DNA of 49,979 nt from Chthoniobacteraceae bacterium. Its GTDB lineage: Bacteria > Verrucomicrobiota > Verrucomicrobiia > Chthoniobacterales > Chthoniobacteraceae. The notes beneath the pieces were generated by a model. The model was not told where the DNA came from. It saw nothing but the letters and a program-made list of their open reading frames with translations, and did not search any database. Position numbers and translations under genes: made by a program. Positions 39,566-47,586 of the stretch are shown piece after piece (within the stretch, counting starts at the first letter, position 1; every line of letters starts with the position of its first letter). The stretch spans positions 1 to 49,979 of the forward strand of contig JBEBGD010000034.1 of NCBI GenBank assembly GCA_040081625.1, in the 5' to 3' direction.

Positions 39566-39666
39566 CGTCGCGTGGAGACGCCATTAAAACAGCCCGGCGC
39601 TTCCACAGCCTGTCCGATGTTGACCGACAGACGTTGGAAACGCCTGGCTACGTTCGACGGTCGCTC
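39566..39666. repeat. Degenerate copy of the 12.1-kb palindromic element
   Basis: CGTCGCGTGGAGACG-CCATTAAAACAGCCCGGCGCTTC resembles CGTCGCGTAGCGACG-AATTGAAAATAGCCGGGCACTTC. It has an inverted arm TGGAAACGCCTGGCT at 39635-39649. Confidence 0.6.
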
Positions 39667-39699
39667 TTTTCTGCGCCGCGAGAGCGCGGAACCCGTATA

Positions 39700-39747
39700 A
39701 AGCAAATCGGCGCCGGGCAGGCCCAAAACGATGGACCCACCCGACGC
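39700..39747 (-). terminator. Likely terminator hairpin after rplL
   Basis: Minus-strand 16-bp stem (with G-U pairs) GCGTCGGGTGGGTCCA/TGGGCCTGCCCGGCGC, followed by a weakly U-rich tail. Confidence 0.55.
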
Positions 39748-39779
39748 ACGATGAAGTTGCTTCGTAAGGAAGCGGGGGA

Positions 39780-40166
39780 CTACTTGATCTCGACCTTGGC
39801 GCCGGCGGCTTCGATCTTCTTCTTGATCTCTGCGGCTTCTTCCTTGGTCACGCCCTCGCGGACGGTCTTCGGAGCGCCCTCGACGAGAGCCTTGGCATCG
39901 GCGAGGCCGAGGCCCGGCGCTGCGGCGCGGACTTCCTTGATGACTGCGATCTTGTTGGTGCCGGCTTCCACGAGGACAACGTCGAATTGCGTCTTTTCCT
40001 CAGCGGCCGGAGCAGCGGCGGCACCGCCACCACCGGCGGCGGCCACAGCGGCCACGGGAGCGGCGGCGCTGACGCCCCACTTGGTTTCGAGTTGTTTCAC
40101 GAGATCAGCGACTTCGAGGACGGTGAGTCCGCTGAGCTGATCGACGATTGCGTTGATGTCTGCCAT
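39780..40166 (-). CDS. rplL: 50S ribosomal protein L7/L12
   Basis: [17 protein letters not shown] and [10 protein letters not shown]. Confidence 0.97.
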   Translation of the reverse strand: MADINAIVDQLSGLTVLEVADLVKQLETKWGVSAAAPVAAVAAAGGGGAAAAPAAEEKTQFDVVLVEAGTNKIAVIKEVRAAAPGLGLADAKALVEGAPKTVREGVTKEEAAEIKKKIEAAGAKVEIK

Positions 40167-40342
40167 TTTGTGTTTCGAGTTGTCGGTATCGTCGCGGTCC
40201 AGTGGTCGCTGGCCCGATTAAGCCCGCCCGCTGGCGGACCGACGAGGAACCATTTGTTATGGGTTTCGTTGATGACTCGCTTCCGCTTTCAACGCGGTCG
40301 CGAGTTTCCCGCCGGATGGCGATCCGGCGAAAAGGGTTTGGT

Positions 40343-40855
40343 TCAGGCTGCCTGCTCGGCCTTCGCGTTGAGGACGCGGGCGAGCTGGCTGGCCGGTTCG
40401 TTGAGCAGGCGCACGAGCGTCGCGGAGGGCGCTTGCAGGACGCCGAGGAGCTGCGCGAGCAGCACTTCGCGCGAGGGCAGGTCGGCGATCGCCGCGATCT
40501 GGTCCTTGGTGACGACCAGGCGGTCGATCACGCCGGCCTTGACGGTCGGCTTCTTGAACTCGGCGTTGAAGGTCTTGAGGACCTTGGCCGCGGCGGCCAC
40601 GTCCTTGTCTCCGGTGACGATGGCGGTCTGGCCCTTGAGTTCGCCCAGGTCGGGCAGCCCGGCCTGCTGCGCGGCCCGGCGCAGCAGCGTGTTCTTGACC
40701 ACCTGGCAACGCGCGCCGACGCCCTGAAGGCGGCTGCGCAGCTCGCCGAACTCGCCGACTTTCAGGCCGGTGTATTCGGTGATGAACAGGAAAGGCGAAG
40801 CGTTGAGCTTCTTGTTGATGTTGTCGATGAGGACAGTTTTTTCGGGATGAGGCAT
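40343..40855 (-). CDS. rplJ: 50S ribosomal protein L10
   Basis: YTGL, VVKNTL and LPSREVLLAQL. Confidence 0.96.
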   Translation of the reverse strand: MPHPEKTVLIDNINKKLNASPFLFITEYTGLKVGEFGELRSRLQGVGARCQVVKNTLLRRAAQQAGLPDLGELKGQTAIVTGDKDVAAAAKVLKTFNAEFKKPTVKAGVIDRLVVTKDQIAAIADLPSREVLLAQLLGVLQAPSATLVRLLNEPASQLARVLNAKAEQAA

Positions 40856-40869
40856 GGCAGCTCGGGCAG

Positions 40870-41571
40870 TTAGTTTTTCAGGAACGGCGTGGCATCGACA
40901 GTGATGCCCGGCAGCATGGTGGCCGCGACGGTGATGTTGTTCACAAAGCGACCCTTTGCCGCCGCCGGACGCGCTTTGACGACGGCGTCGATGACGGCTG
41001 CGCCATTCTCAGCGAGCTGTTGCTCGGTGAAGGAAAACTTGCCGACGGGGACGGCGACGTTGCCGTTCTTGTCGAGCTTGAACTCGACGCGACCGGCTTT
41101 GACTTCCTTGATGGCCCTGGCCGTGTCGTCGGTCACGGTGCCGGTCTTCGGGTTGGGCATCAGCCCGCGCGGGCCGAGCACCTTGCCGAGCTTGCGCACT
41201 TCGGACATCGCTGCGGGCGTGGCGATCGCGACATCGAAATCGGAAAAGCCCCCGGTGCATTTCTCGACCATGTCCTTGAAGCCCACGAATTCTGCGCCCG
41301 CGGCCCGCGCGGCGTCAGCGGCAGCGCCTTCGGCGAAGACGAGCACGCGCACATTCTTACCCGATCCGTGCGGAAGCGGGCAGGTGCCGCGCACCATCAT
41401 GTCGGACTGCTTGGGATCCACCCCGAGCCGGAAGGAAAGCGTGACGGTCTGGTCGAACTTGGTCGCCGGCATCGTCTTGAGCACGCCGATCGCCTCTGCG
41501 AGCAGGTAGGTTTTTGCGAAGTCCACCTTCTCGGCGGCGGCGCGGAATCGTTTACTGGGTTTTTTGGCCAT
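40870..41571 (-). CDS. rplA: 50S ribosomal protein L1
   Basis: KFDQTV, LPHGSGK and LGPRGLMPNPKTGTV. Confidence 0.97.
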   Translation of the reverse strand: MAKKPSKRFRAAAEKVDFAKTYLLAEAIGVLKTMPATKFDQTVTLSFRLGVDPKQSDMMVRGTCPLPHGSGKNVRVLVFAEGAAADAARAAGAEFVGFKDMVEKCTGGFSDFDVAIATPAAMSEVRKLGKVLGPRGLMPNPKTGTVTDDTARAIKEVKAGRVEFKLDKNGNVAVPVGKFSFTEQQLAENGAAVIDAVVKARPAAAKGRFVNNITVAATMLPGITVDATPFLKN

Positions 41572-41579
41572 GGTTTTGA

Positions 41580-41621
41580 GCAGTGTTGGCGACGGCGGAT
41601 TTTAGTCTGCACGTCTCCTGC
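41580..41621 (-). promoter_or_regulatory. Candidate L1-binding autoregulatory leader site
   Basis: GCAG-GA-GACG...CGTC-GCCAACA-CTGC forms a helix, asymmetric internal loop and helix, ending 8 nt before the rplA ATG. Confidence 0.65.
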
Positions 41622-41664
41622 ATTGAGGTTTGGTCTTTCCTCCACCGGGAGAAAAGGGACGCGG

Positions 41665-41692
41665 AGGCTAGGCGTGGTCGGGGGCTTGTCAA
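41665..41692 (-). promoter_or_regulatory. Sigma70-type promoter for rplA-rplJ-rplL
   Basis: TTGACA-N16-TAGCCT on the minus strand. Confidence 0.7.
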
Positions 41693-41701
41693 CGCCCGCT
41701 T

Positions 41702-42466
41702 TCAGACGAATACCAGCGGGCGGGCGGCGTCCGCGATCAGCGCGTGTTTGTGGAGCAGTTCGCGGTATCGCGCGATGCCCGCCTTCTCGCGCGGACCGAG
41801 GCCGAAGCGGATGTGCTGCGTGAGGTAGCTCCGGCGAAAGTCCGGCGTGCCCGTCGCATCTCCAGCCACGATCTCATCGATGCTCGCAATGCCATGCGCC
41901 TTTAGCGTTCGGAACGTGCTCGCGATGGCCGGCACGTTTTGCAGCGCCGGCCGCAGCGCCCACGCGGCAAAGACGAAAGGCAACGCGGTGCAACGCCGCC
42001 ACTCTTCGCCCAGATCGAGGATGCGCACGTCGGATCCGACGAATTCGCGGAATGCGATCGCCTGGTTGCCGATGAGCAGTCGCGCGTCGCCCTCCGCGCC
42101 AAACTGCGGCGCGATTCCATGAAACTCAGCCAGCAGCACGCGCAGTAGATTCGCAGAGGTCAGCGACGCAGGGTCGAGCGCCACGCGGCGCACATCGCGC
42201 AGCTCGCCACGGTGCGCGAGGATCACGCTATGGACCGGCCCGTCGCTCGCGATCGCCACGCCATCGACCAGCGCGTAGTGCGGCTCGCGCAGGAACTCGA
42301 AGGCCGGCACCAGTGCCGCGTCGAGTTCGCCGGCGGCAAGTGAACGCGCGAGCTCGCTCGGGTGCGCGAGCACAACCGGACCGTCGTAGCCGTGAATGAG
42401 CGGCTTCGAGTTGAGATACTGCACACACCCGATCCGCAGCGCGTGCAACGCGCCCCACGGGCTCAC
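41702..42466 (-). CDS. mqnA: Chorismate dehydratase MqnA (futalosine pathway)
   Basis: IGCVQYLNSKPL, SLTSANL and DLGEEW...LPFVFAAW. GTGA overlap with mqnE; TTG 42448 is an alternative start. Confidence 0.88.
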   Translation of the reverse strand: MSPWGALHALRIGCVQYLNSKPLIHGYDGPVVLAHPSELARSLAAGELDAALVPAFEFLREPHYALVDGVAIASDGPVHSVILAHRGELRDVRRVALDPASLTSANLLRVLLAEFHGIAPQFGAEGDARLLIGNQAIAFREFVGSDVRILDLGEEWRRCTALPFVFAAWALRPALQNVPAIASTFRTLKAHGIASIDEIVAGDATGTPDFRRSYLTQHIRFGLGPREKAGIARYRELLHKHALIADAARPLVFV

Positions 42467-43614
42467 GCCAGCGCGAGCTCCGGCGCGGCGGGAACGGGTT
42501 CGCGCCACGTGCTGGGGATGCGCCGATACCACGTGTCTCGCTGCATGGGCTCGCGCCCGGCTTCGCGGATCGCCTTCTCGAGCGATTGCATGGTCTGGTA
42601 GGTCGGCGTCTGCGCGCCGGCCATGTGGAAGATCTTCTCCTCCATGATCGTGCCGTGCAGGTCGTCCACGCCGTAGTTGAGCGCGAGCGACGCGAGCGGC
42701 AGCCCGAGGCTTACCCAATACGCGGTGATGTGTTCGATGTTGTCGAGGTAGATGCGGGACACGGCGAGGTTCTTCAGCTCCTCGAACGCCGTCGCGTGCG
42801 GGATATGCCGCAACATCGGCCGCGCCTGCTCGCTCTCGAACGCAAACGGAATGAATCCCGAGAAGCCGCCCGTCTCGTCCTGCAACTCGCGCAGCCGCCG
42901 CAGATGATCCACGCGATGCCCGTAGTTCTCGATGTGGCCGAAGAGCATCGTCGCCGTGCTGCGCATCCCCATCCCGTGCCAGGTCCGGTGCACCTCCGTC
43001 CACTCGTCGGCGTTCTCCTTGCCCGTGCAGATCTGCTCGCGCACTTCCGGCGCGAAAATCTCCGCGCCGCCGCCGGTGATCGCGTTGAGGCCCGCATCCC
43101 GCAGGATCTCGAGCACCTCGCGGATCGATTTCTTGAACACCCGCTGCGCGAGATGCCGGATCTCGATCGCCGTGAAAGCCTTGATGAAGAGCTCCGGGCT
43201 GAGCGCCCGCAGCCGCGTGATCAGATCGAGATACCACTCCGCTTTCAGCGACGGATGCAGCCCGCCGACCATGTGAATCTCTGTGATCCCGCACTGGAGC
43301 GCCCACGTGACCTTGCCGACGATCTCATCGATGCCGAGCTCGAAGGCGTGCGCCTCGCGCTTGCGCGCGCCGAACGCGCAGAACTGGCAGGCGAGCACGC
43401 AGATGTTCGAGTAGTTGATGTATTGGTTGTGGATGTAGGTCGCCACGTTCCCGTTCTTGCGCTCGCGCACCACGTTCGCGATCGAGCCGAGTGCATTGAG
43501 CTCGTTCGAGCGGTAAAGCGTGAGCGCCTCGTCGTCGCCGATTCGCTCATCGGCCACGACCTTGTCGTAAATGGTGCGCAGTTCGCGAGGGATGAGCTTT
43601 GCGGTCAGGGACAT
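42463..43614 (-). CDS. mqnE: Aminofutalosine synthase MqnE (radical SAM)
   Basis: CVLACQFC, EIHMVGGLHP, GGGAEIF and GTIMEEKIFHMAGA. Confidence 0.88.
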   Translation of the reverse strand: MSLTAKLIPRELRTIYDKVVADERIGDDEALTLYRSNELNALGSIANVVRERKNGNVATYIHNQYINYSNICVLACQFCAFGARKREAHAFELGIDEIVGKVTWALQCGITEIHMVGGLHPSLKAEWYLDLITRLRALSPELFIKAFTAIEIRHLAQRVFKKSIREVLEILRDAGLNAITGGGAEIFAPEVREQICTGKENADEWTEVHRTWHGMGMRSTATMLFGHIENYGHRVDHLRRLRELQDETGGFSGFIPFAFESEQARPMLRHIPHATAFEELKNLAVSRIYLDNIEHITAYWVSLGLPLASLALNYGVDDLHGTIMEEKIFHMAGAQTPTYQTMQSLEKAIREAGREPMQRDTWYRRIPSTWREPVPAAPELALA

Positions 43615-43714
43615 CGTCGCCCCACCGGTAGAGAAGCCCGCGCGCTTTTGCAAGCGGCGGCGCGCTCGTTGACAGCTCCCGCCCCCGCATCGACTCTGCG
43701 CGCCTTTTTCCGCA

Positions 43715-44932
43715 ATGAGTCTCATCGTCCAGAAATACGGCGGCACTTCCGTCGGCACTCCCGAGCGCATCCTCAATGTCGCGCGGCGCATCATCGCGAC
43801 CGTCGATGAGGGGCACAAGGTCGTCGCCGTCGTCAGCGCGATGAGCGGGGTGACCGACAGCCTCATCAAGCTCGCGCGCGACGTTTCGCCGAACCCGACC
43901 GAGCGCGAGATGGACGTGCTGCTCTCGACCGGCGAGCAGACCACCATCGCGCTCACGGCCATGGCCATCAATGCGCTCGGGCGCAAGGCGGTGTCGCTCA
44001 CCGGCGCGCAGGCGGGCATCATCACCACGGGCGTGCATACAAAGGCGAAGATCTCCAATCTCTCGCCGCGCCAGCTTCACGCGCATCTGAACGACGGCGC
44101 GATCTGCATCGTCGCGGGCTTCCAGGGTGAGACGACCGACGGGCGCATCACCACGCTCGGGCGCGGCGGCTCGGACCTGACGGCCATCGCCATCGCCGCG
44201 GCGGTGAAGGCGGACCTCTGCCAGATTTTCACCGACGTGGACGGCGTCTATACCTGCGACCCGCGCGTCGTGAAAAACGCCCGCAAGATCGACGAGATTT
44301 GCTACGACGAGATGCTGGAGATGGCCTCGAGCGGGAGCAAGGTCATGCAGAGCCGCTCGGTCGAGTTCGCCAGCAAGTTTGGCGTCGTCTTCGAGGTGCG
44401 CTCGAGTTTCAACAACAATCCGGGAACCATCGTGAAAGCAGAAACCGCTGATATGGAAAACGTCGTCATCCGGGGCGTGAGCCTCGAAAAAAACCAGGCC
44501 AAGATCACCGTGCGCGCCGTGCCGGATCGTCCGGGCACCGCCGCCGCGGTCTTCACTGCGATCGCAGCGCAGCACATCATCATCGACATGATCGTGCAGA
44601 GCGCGTCGGCGGGCTCGAGCAACGACATTTCATTCACGATGAGCCGCGACGAGTTCCCGAAGGCGAAGGCCGCGCTCGAGAAGGTGGTAAAGGAGATCGG
44701 CGCGGGCGGGCTCGAGACGCACGAGGGCATCGCGAAGCTCTCGATCATCGGCGTCGGGATGCGCAGCCACGGCGGCGTGGCGGCGAAGATGTTCGAGGCG
44801 CTCTCGCGCGGTGGGATCAATATCGAGATGATCTCGACCAGCGAGATCAAGACTGCCGTCATCATCGACGAGGCGAAGCTCAACGAGGCGGCGAACCTCG
44901 TGCATGAGGCGTTCGGGCTGAGCGAGGGCTAG
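43715..44932 (+). CDS. lysC: Aspartate kinase
   Basis: QKYGGTSV, TTLGRGGSD, DVDGVYTCDPR and two ACT domains. Confidence 0.95.
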   Translation: MSLIVQKYGGTSVGTPERILNVARRIIATVDEGHKVVAVVSAMSGVTDSLIKLARDVSPNPTEREMDVLLSTGEQTTIALTAMAINALGRKAVSLTGAQAGIITTGVHTKAKISNLSPRQLHAHLNDGAICIVAGFQGETTDGRITTLGRGGSDLTAIAIAAAVKADLCQIFTDVDGVYTCDPRVVKNARKIDEICYDEMLEMASSGSKVMQSRSVEFASKFGVVFEVRSSFNNNPGTIVKAETADMENVVIRGVSLEKNQAKITVRAVPDRPGTAAAVFTAIAAQHIIIDMIVQSASAGSSNDISFTMSRDEFPKAKAALEKVVKEIGAGGLETHEGIAKLSIIGVGMRSHGGVAAKMFEALSRGGINIEMISTSEIKTAVIIDEAKLNEAANLVHEAFGLSEG

Positions 44933-44956
44933 CGCAGGCGCGCGGCCTGCACGCCG

Positions 44957-46153
44957 CTAGAACTGCGAGAAATTTGTTTCCCCGCGGAATGCCACGGGAC
45001 TCGGCATGCGCGTCGCGGCGGCGGCGAGGCGGGACTCGAGATAATCCGCGGCGCCCGACGCGGCGCGGCCGAGTTCGGAGGCGCTACCGAGTTCGGCGGC
45101 GAGCTGGCGCAGGAGCGGGAGCGCTTCGGGGCGCTGCGTCTCGGCGAGGGCTTGCACGGCGGCGAGACGGAAGACGGGCGAGGTGCGGGTTTCGCGCGCC
45201 CACTTCGGCAGCATCTCGAGCGCGGTGTCCGGGTAGAAGCGGGCGATGCCGTAGAGCGCGTAATGGCGGGTGCTCGGGTCGCCCTTGAGCAGTTCGTCGC
45301 GCCAGTAGGCCCACTCGCTTTCCGAGTTGAGCCCATAGTAATGCATCGCCACCGCGCGACAGGCGGGGTCGATCATCGACTCGATCTTGAGCTGCGGGTC
45401 GATGGTCATGACCACCGAACTGTCGGGCACGCCGGCGTCGCGCAAGGCGACGAGCGCAGACATGATGTCGCCGGTCTCGACGCGGAAGGCATCGGTGTTG
45501 AAGCGGCTCTTGATCTCGCTCGCGACGGTCGGGAATTTGCAGATCGCGCTCAGCGGCAGGTTTTCGGTCAGTGCGAGCACGGCGGTCTGGATCGCGCCAA
45601 GCGAGAGATCCGGGCGGTCTTGGGCGAAGGTGAGGAAGGTATCGACCTTCGGCAGCCGGCCGTAGGTGAGGCGATAGGCTTGCTCGCTGGTCTTGTTCAC
45701 GGAGCGCACGGCGGCGGTCTCGATGAAGATCTCGCCCGAGCCGCCAGCGGGGATCTCGACGAAGGCGGGATGCACGGCGATGACGGCGTTGAATCCGGCC
45801 TCGATCATCTGGCCCACTTCGACGCGCAGCTTCAGCGCGTTCGGGCTTTGGTTATGCAGCTTCGCGCGGACCCAGTCGCGGCCATTGCCGCGGAGTTCCC
45901 CGGCGACCGTGCCTTGCTCGATGCTCGTGCGCAGGTCGGTGAAATCGGAGTGCGGCGCAACGATCGCGGGAGCGTCGGGCTTTTCCGCCGTCGCGACCTT
46001 CTCCACCGGCGCAGGCGCGGCAGCGCGGGCGACGAGCGACGCGGGCGTGGTGTCCAGCAGCGAGGTGCGCATATTGACGAACTTCGGCCAGAGAAACGGG
46101 GCGCCGAGGGCGACGACCGGCGCGATGATGGCGGCTACGGCTTGGACTTTCAT
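44957..46153 (-). CDS. Membrane-anchored hypothetical protein with C-terminal HEAT-like repeats
   Basis: N-terminal hydrophobic segment and Ala/Pro linker; TRHYALYGIA and FRLAAVQALAE repeats. Confidence 0.7.
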   Translation of the reverse strand: MKVQAVAAIIAPVVALGAPFLWPKFVNMRTSLLDTTPASLVARAAAPAPVEKVATAEKPDAPAIVAPHSDFTDLRTSIEQGTVAGELRGNGRDWVRAKLHNQSPNALKLRVEVGQMIEAGFNAVIAVHPAFVEIPAGGSGEIFIETAAVRSVNKTSEQAYRLTYGRLPKVDTFLTFAQDRPDLSLGAIQTAVLALTENLPLSAICKFPTVASEIKSRFNTDAFRVETGDIMSALVALRDAGVPDSSVVMTIDPQLKIESMIDPACRAVAMHYYGLNSESEWAYWRDELLKGDPSTRHYALYGIARFYPDTALEMLPKWARETRTSPVFRLAAVQALAETQRPEALPLLRQLAAELGSASELGRAASGAADYLESRLAAAATRMPSPVAFRGETNFSQF

Positions 46154-46235
46154 GGTGTTGCGTCCAAAGCAGCGGCCCTGCCAGAGCCGGGGAAAATTTC
46201 TTGGCTCAGCCCCGGCCACCCGCCAGCGTGCGGGC

Positions 46236-46772
46236 ATGACCAGCCTCCCGGACTTCATCGACCGCGTGCTCCTCAGAGACGGAATGCTCGGCAAACTCCT
46301 CCCAAAAGACATCCTCGACCGGGATCTGTGGCGCCGGGTGAACCAGGCCGACGATGCCGCCATCGCCGGTGCGGCGATCGGCGATCCGGGCGCATTCTGC
46401 CTCGTCCGCGGCGGGCTGCTCTACGCGCTCGACGACCTCGACGGTGCGCACAAATTCTTCCAGGACGAGGCGAGCGACCTCGCCAGCTACTGGCACGGCA
46501 TGATGCATCGGCGCGAGGGCGATTTCGACAATGCGCGCTACTGGTTCCGCCGCGCGGGCACGGTGCCTTTCTTCGACGCGCTGCACGGTCGCGCCGCGCA
46601 GTTTTCCGCCGACATCGCGAAGCAACTCTCATGGGATCCGTATCTCTTCACCGGCTTGTGCGAGCAGGCGCGCTTCGGCGCCGAAGACGAGGGCGGCGAA
46701 CTGGTGCGGCTCCAGCGCGCGGAGTTCGAAGCGATCTTCGACTACTCGTGGCGCCAGGCGCGCGTGGGTTGA
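46236..46772 (+). CDS. Conserved hypothetical helical protein
   Basis: Motif AHKFFQ...YWHGMMHRREGDFDNARYWFRR with typical codon usage. Confidence 0.75.
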   Translation: MTSLPDFIDRVLLRDGMLGKLLPKDILDRDLWRRVNQADDAAIAGAAIGDPGAFCLVRGGLLYALDDLDGAHKFFQDEASDLASYWHGMMHRREGDFDNARYWFRRAGTVPFFDALHGRAAQFSADIAKQLSWDPYLFTGLCEQARFGAEDEGGELVRLQRAEFEAIFDYSWRQARVG

Positions 46773-46915
46773 TGGGCGGGATTCGCGCTGCTCGTAGGAA
46801 TCTTGTGGGCCGCGATCGGCAGCCGCGTGGTCTCGGCCCGTCGCATCGACGAGCGCTGGGTCCGCTTCGGCGGAGCCGGCCGCGCCTTCCTCGCCGAACT
46901 CGCCGACTTCCCGAA
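46773..46915 (+). pseudogene. Possible 3' remnant of a membrane-protein gene
   Basis: Protein-like frame WAGFALLVGILWAAIGSRVVSARRIDERWVRFGGAGRAFLAELADFP with no convincing start and no stop before the tRNA. Confidence 0.4.
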
Positions 46916-46985
46916 CCTCACGAAGCGCCGAAATTCGGCGATTGCGCGGAGCGCGCGCGTCCATACGGTGCGCGCGTTGTCAAAA

Positions 46986-47068
46986 GCCGGCGTGGCGGAA
47001 TGGCAGACGCGATGGACTCAAAATCCATTATCCGCAAGGGTGTGTGGGTTCGAGTCCCACCGCCGGCA
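46986..47068 (+). tRNA. tRNA-Leu(CAA)
   Basis: Acceptor GCCGGCG/CGCCGGC, anticodon arm ATGGA-CTCAAAA-TCCAT, long variable arm and GTTCGAGTC T-loop. CCA is not encoded. Upstream TTGCGC-N16-TACGGT. Confidence 0.96.
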
Positions 47069-47248
47069 CTCTCCAGATTTTCCGATGAGTCCGAACTCCG
47101 GCTGCCGGGCCGAATCCGGCGAAGTCCCCGGCATACCTTCGGGTCGCATCGTGTAAAGCGCTTCGCAGGTGCATCGGCGATGCGGATGCGGAACTAGTGC
47201 GCTGCTTTTCGTCGGCGGACCGGCGGACGGAGTTTGCGGCGTGACGCC

Positions 47249-47584
47249 TCAGTCCTTCTTCACCTTGCCGCCCCAGCCGAGGATGCGCGCCTTCGCGCCG
47301 GCTTCCTCGGCTTCCTTGATCGAGCCAGCGCGCACGTAGCACAGGCTCAGGCTCGACCACGCAAGCTGGTCGTTCGGGCGAAGCTCGACGGTTTTCTTCC
47401 CGATCGCGATCGCCTCGTCGATGCGCCCCAGCTTCATCAGCGCCATCTCCAGCGCGTGCCACGCGTCGAAGAACTCCGGATCGAGCTCGGTGCAGCGGCG
47501 GTATTTTTCCGCGGCGGCATCGAGTTCGCCGAGGGCGAGATCGCCGTTGGCGTCGTCGAAGAGATCCTCGATCCCGGGCGTCAC
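47249..47584 (-). CDS. Small TPR protein
   Basis: ELDPEFFDAW and ELRPNDQLAW repeats; GTG start just after the upstream stop. Confidence 0.8.
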   Translation of the reverse strand: MTPGIEDLFDDANGDLALGELDAAAEKYRRCTELDPEFFDAWHALEMALMKLGRIDEAIAIGKKTVELRPNDQLAWSSLSLCYVRAGSIKEAEEAGAKARILGWGGKVKKD

Positions 47585-47586
47585 GA

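Noticed and set aside
43615..43714. Lysine riboswitch upstream of lysC
   Set aside because: The 100-nt divergent spacer is too short and is occupied by promoter-like elements (TTGACA at 43669-43674).
47069..47248. Integrative element at the tRNA-Leu 3' end
   Set aside because: No integrase and no duplicated tRNA 3' end were seen; core-type genes resume within 180 bp.
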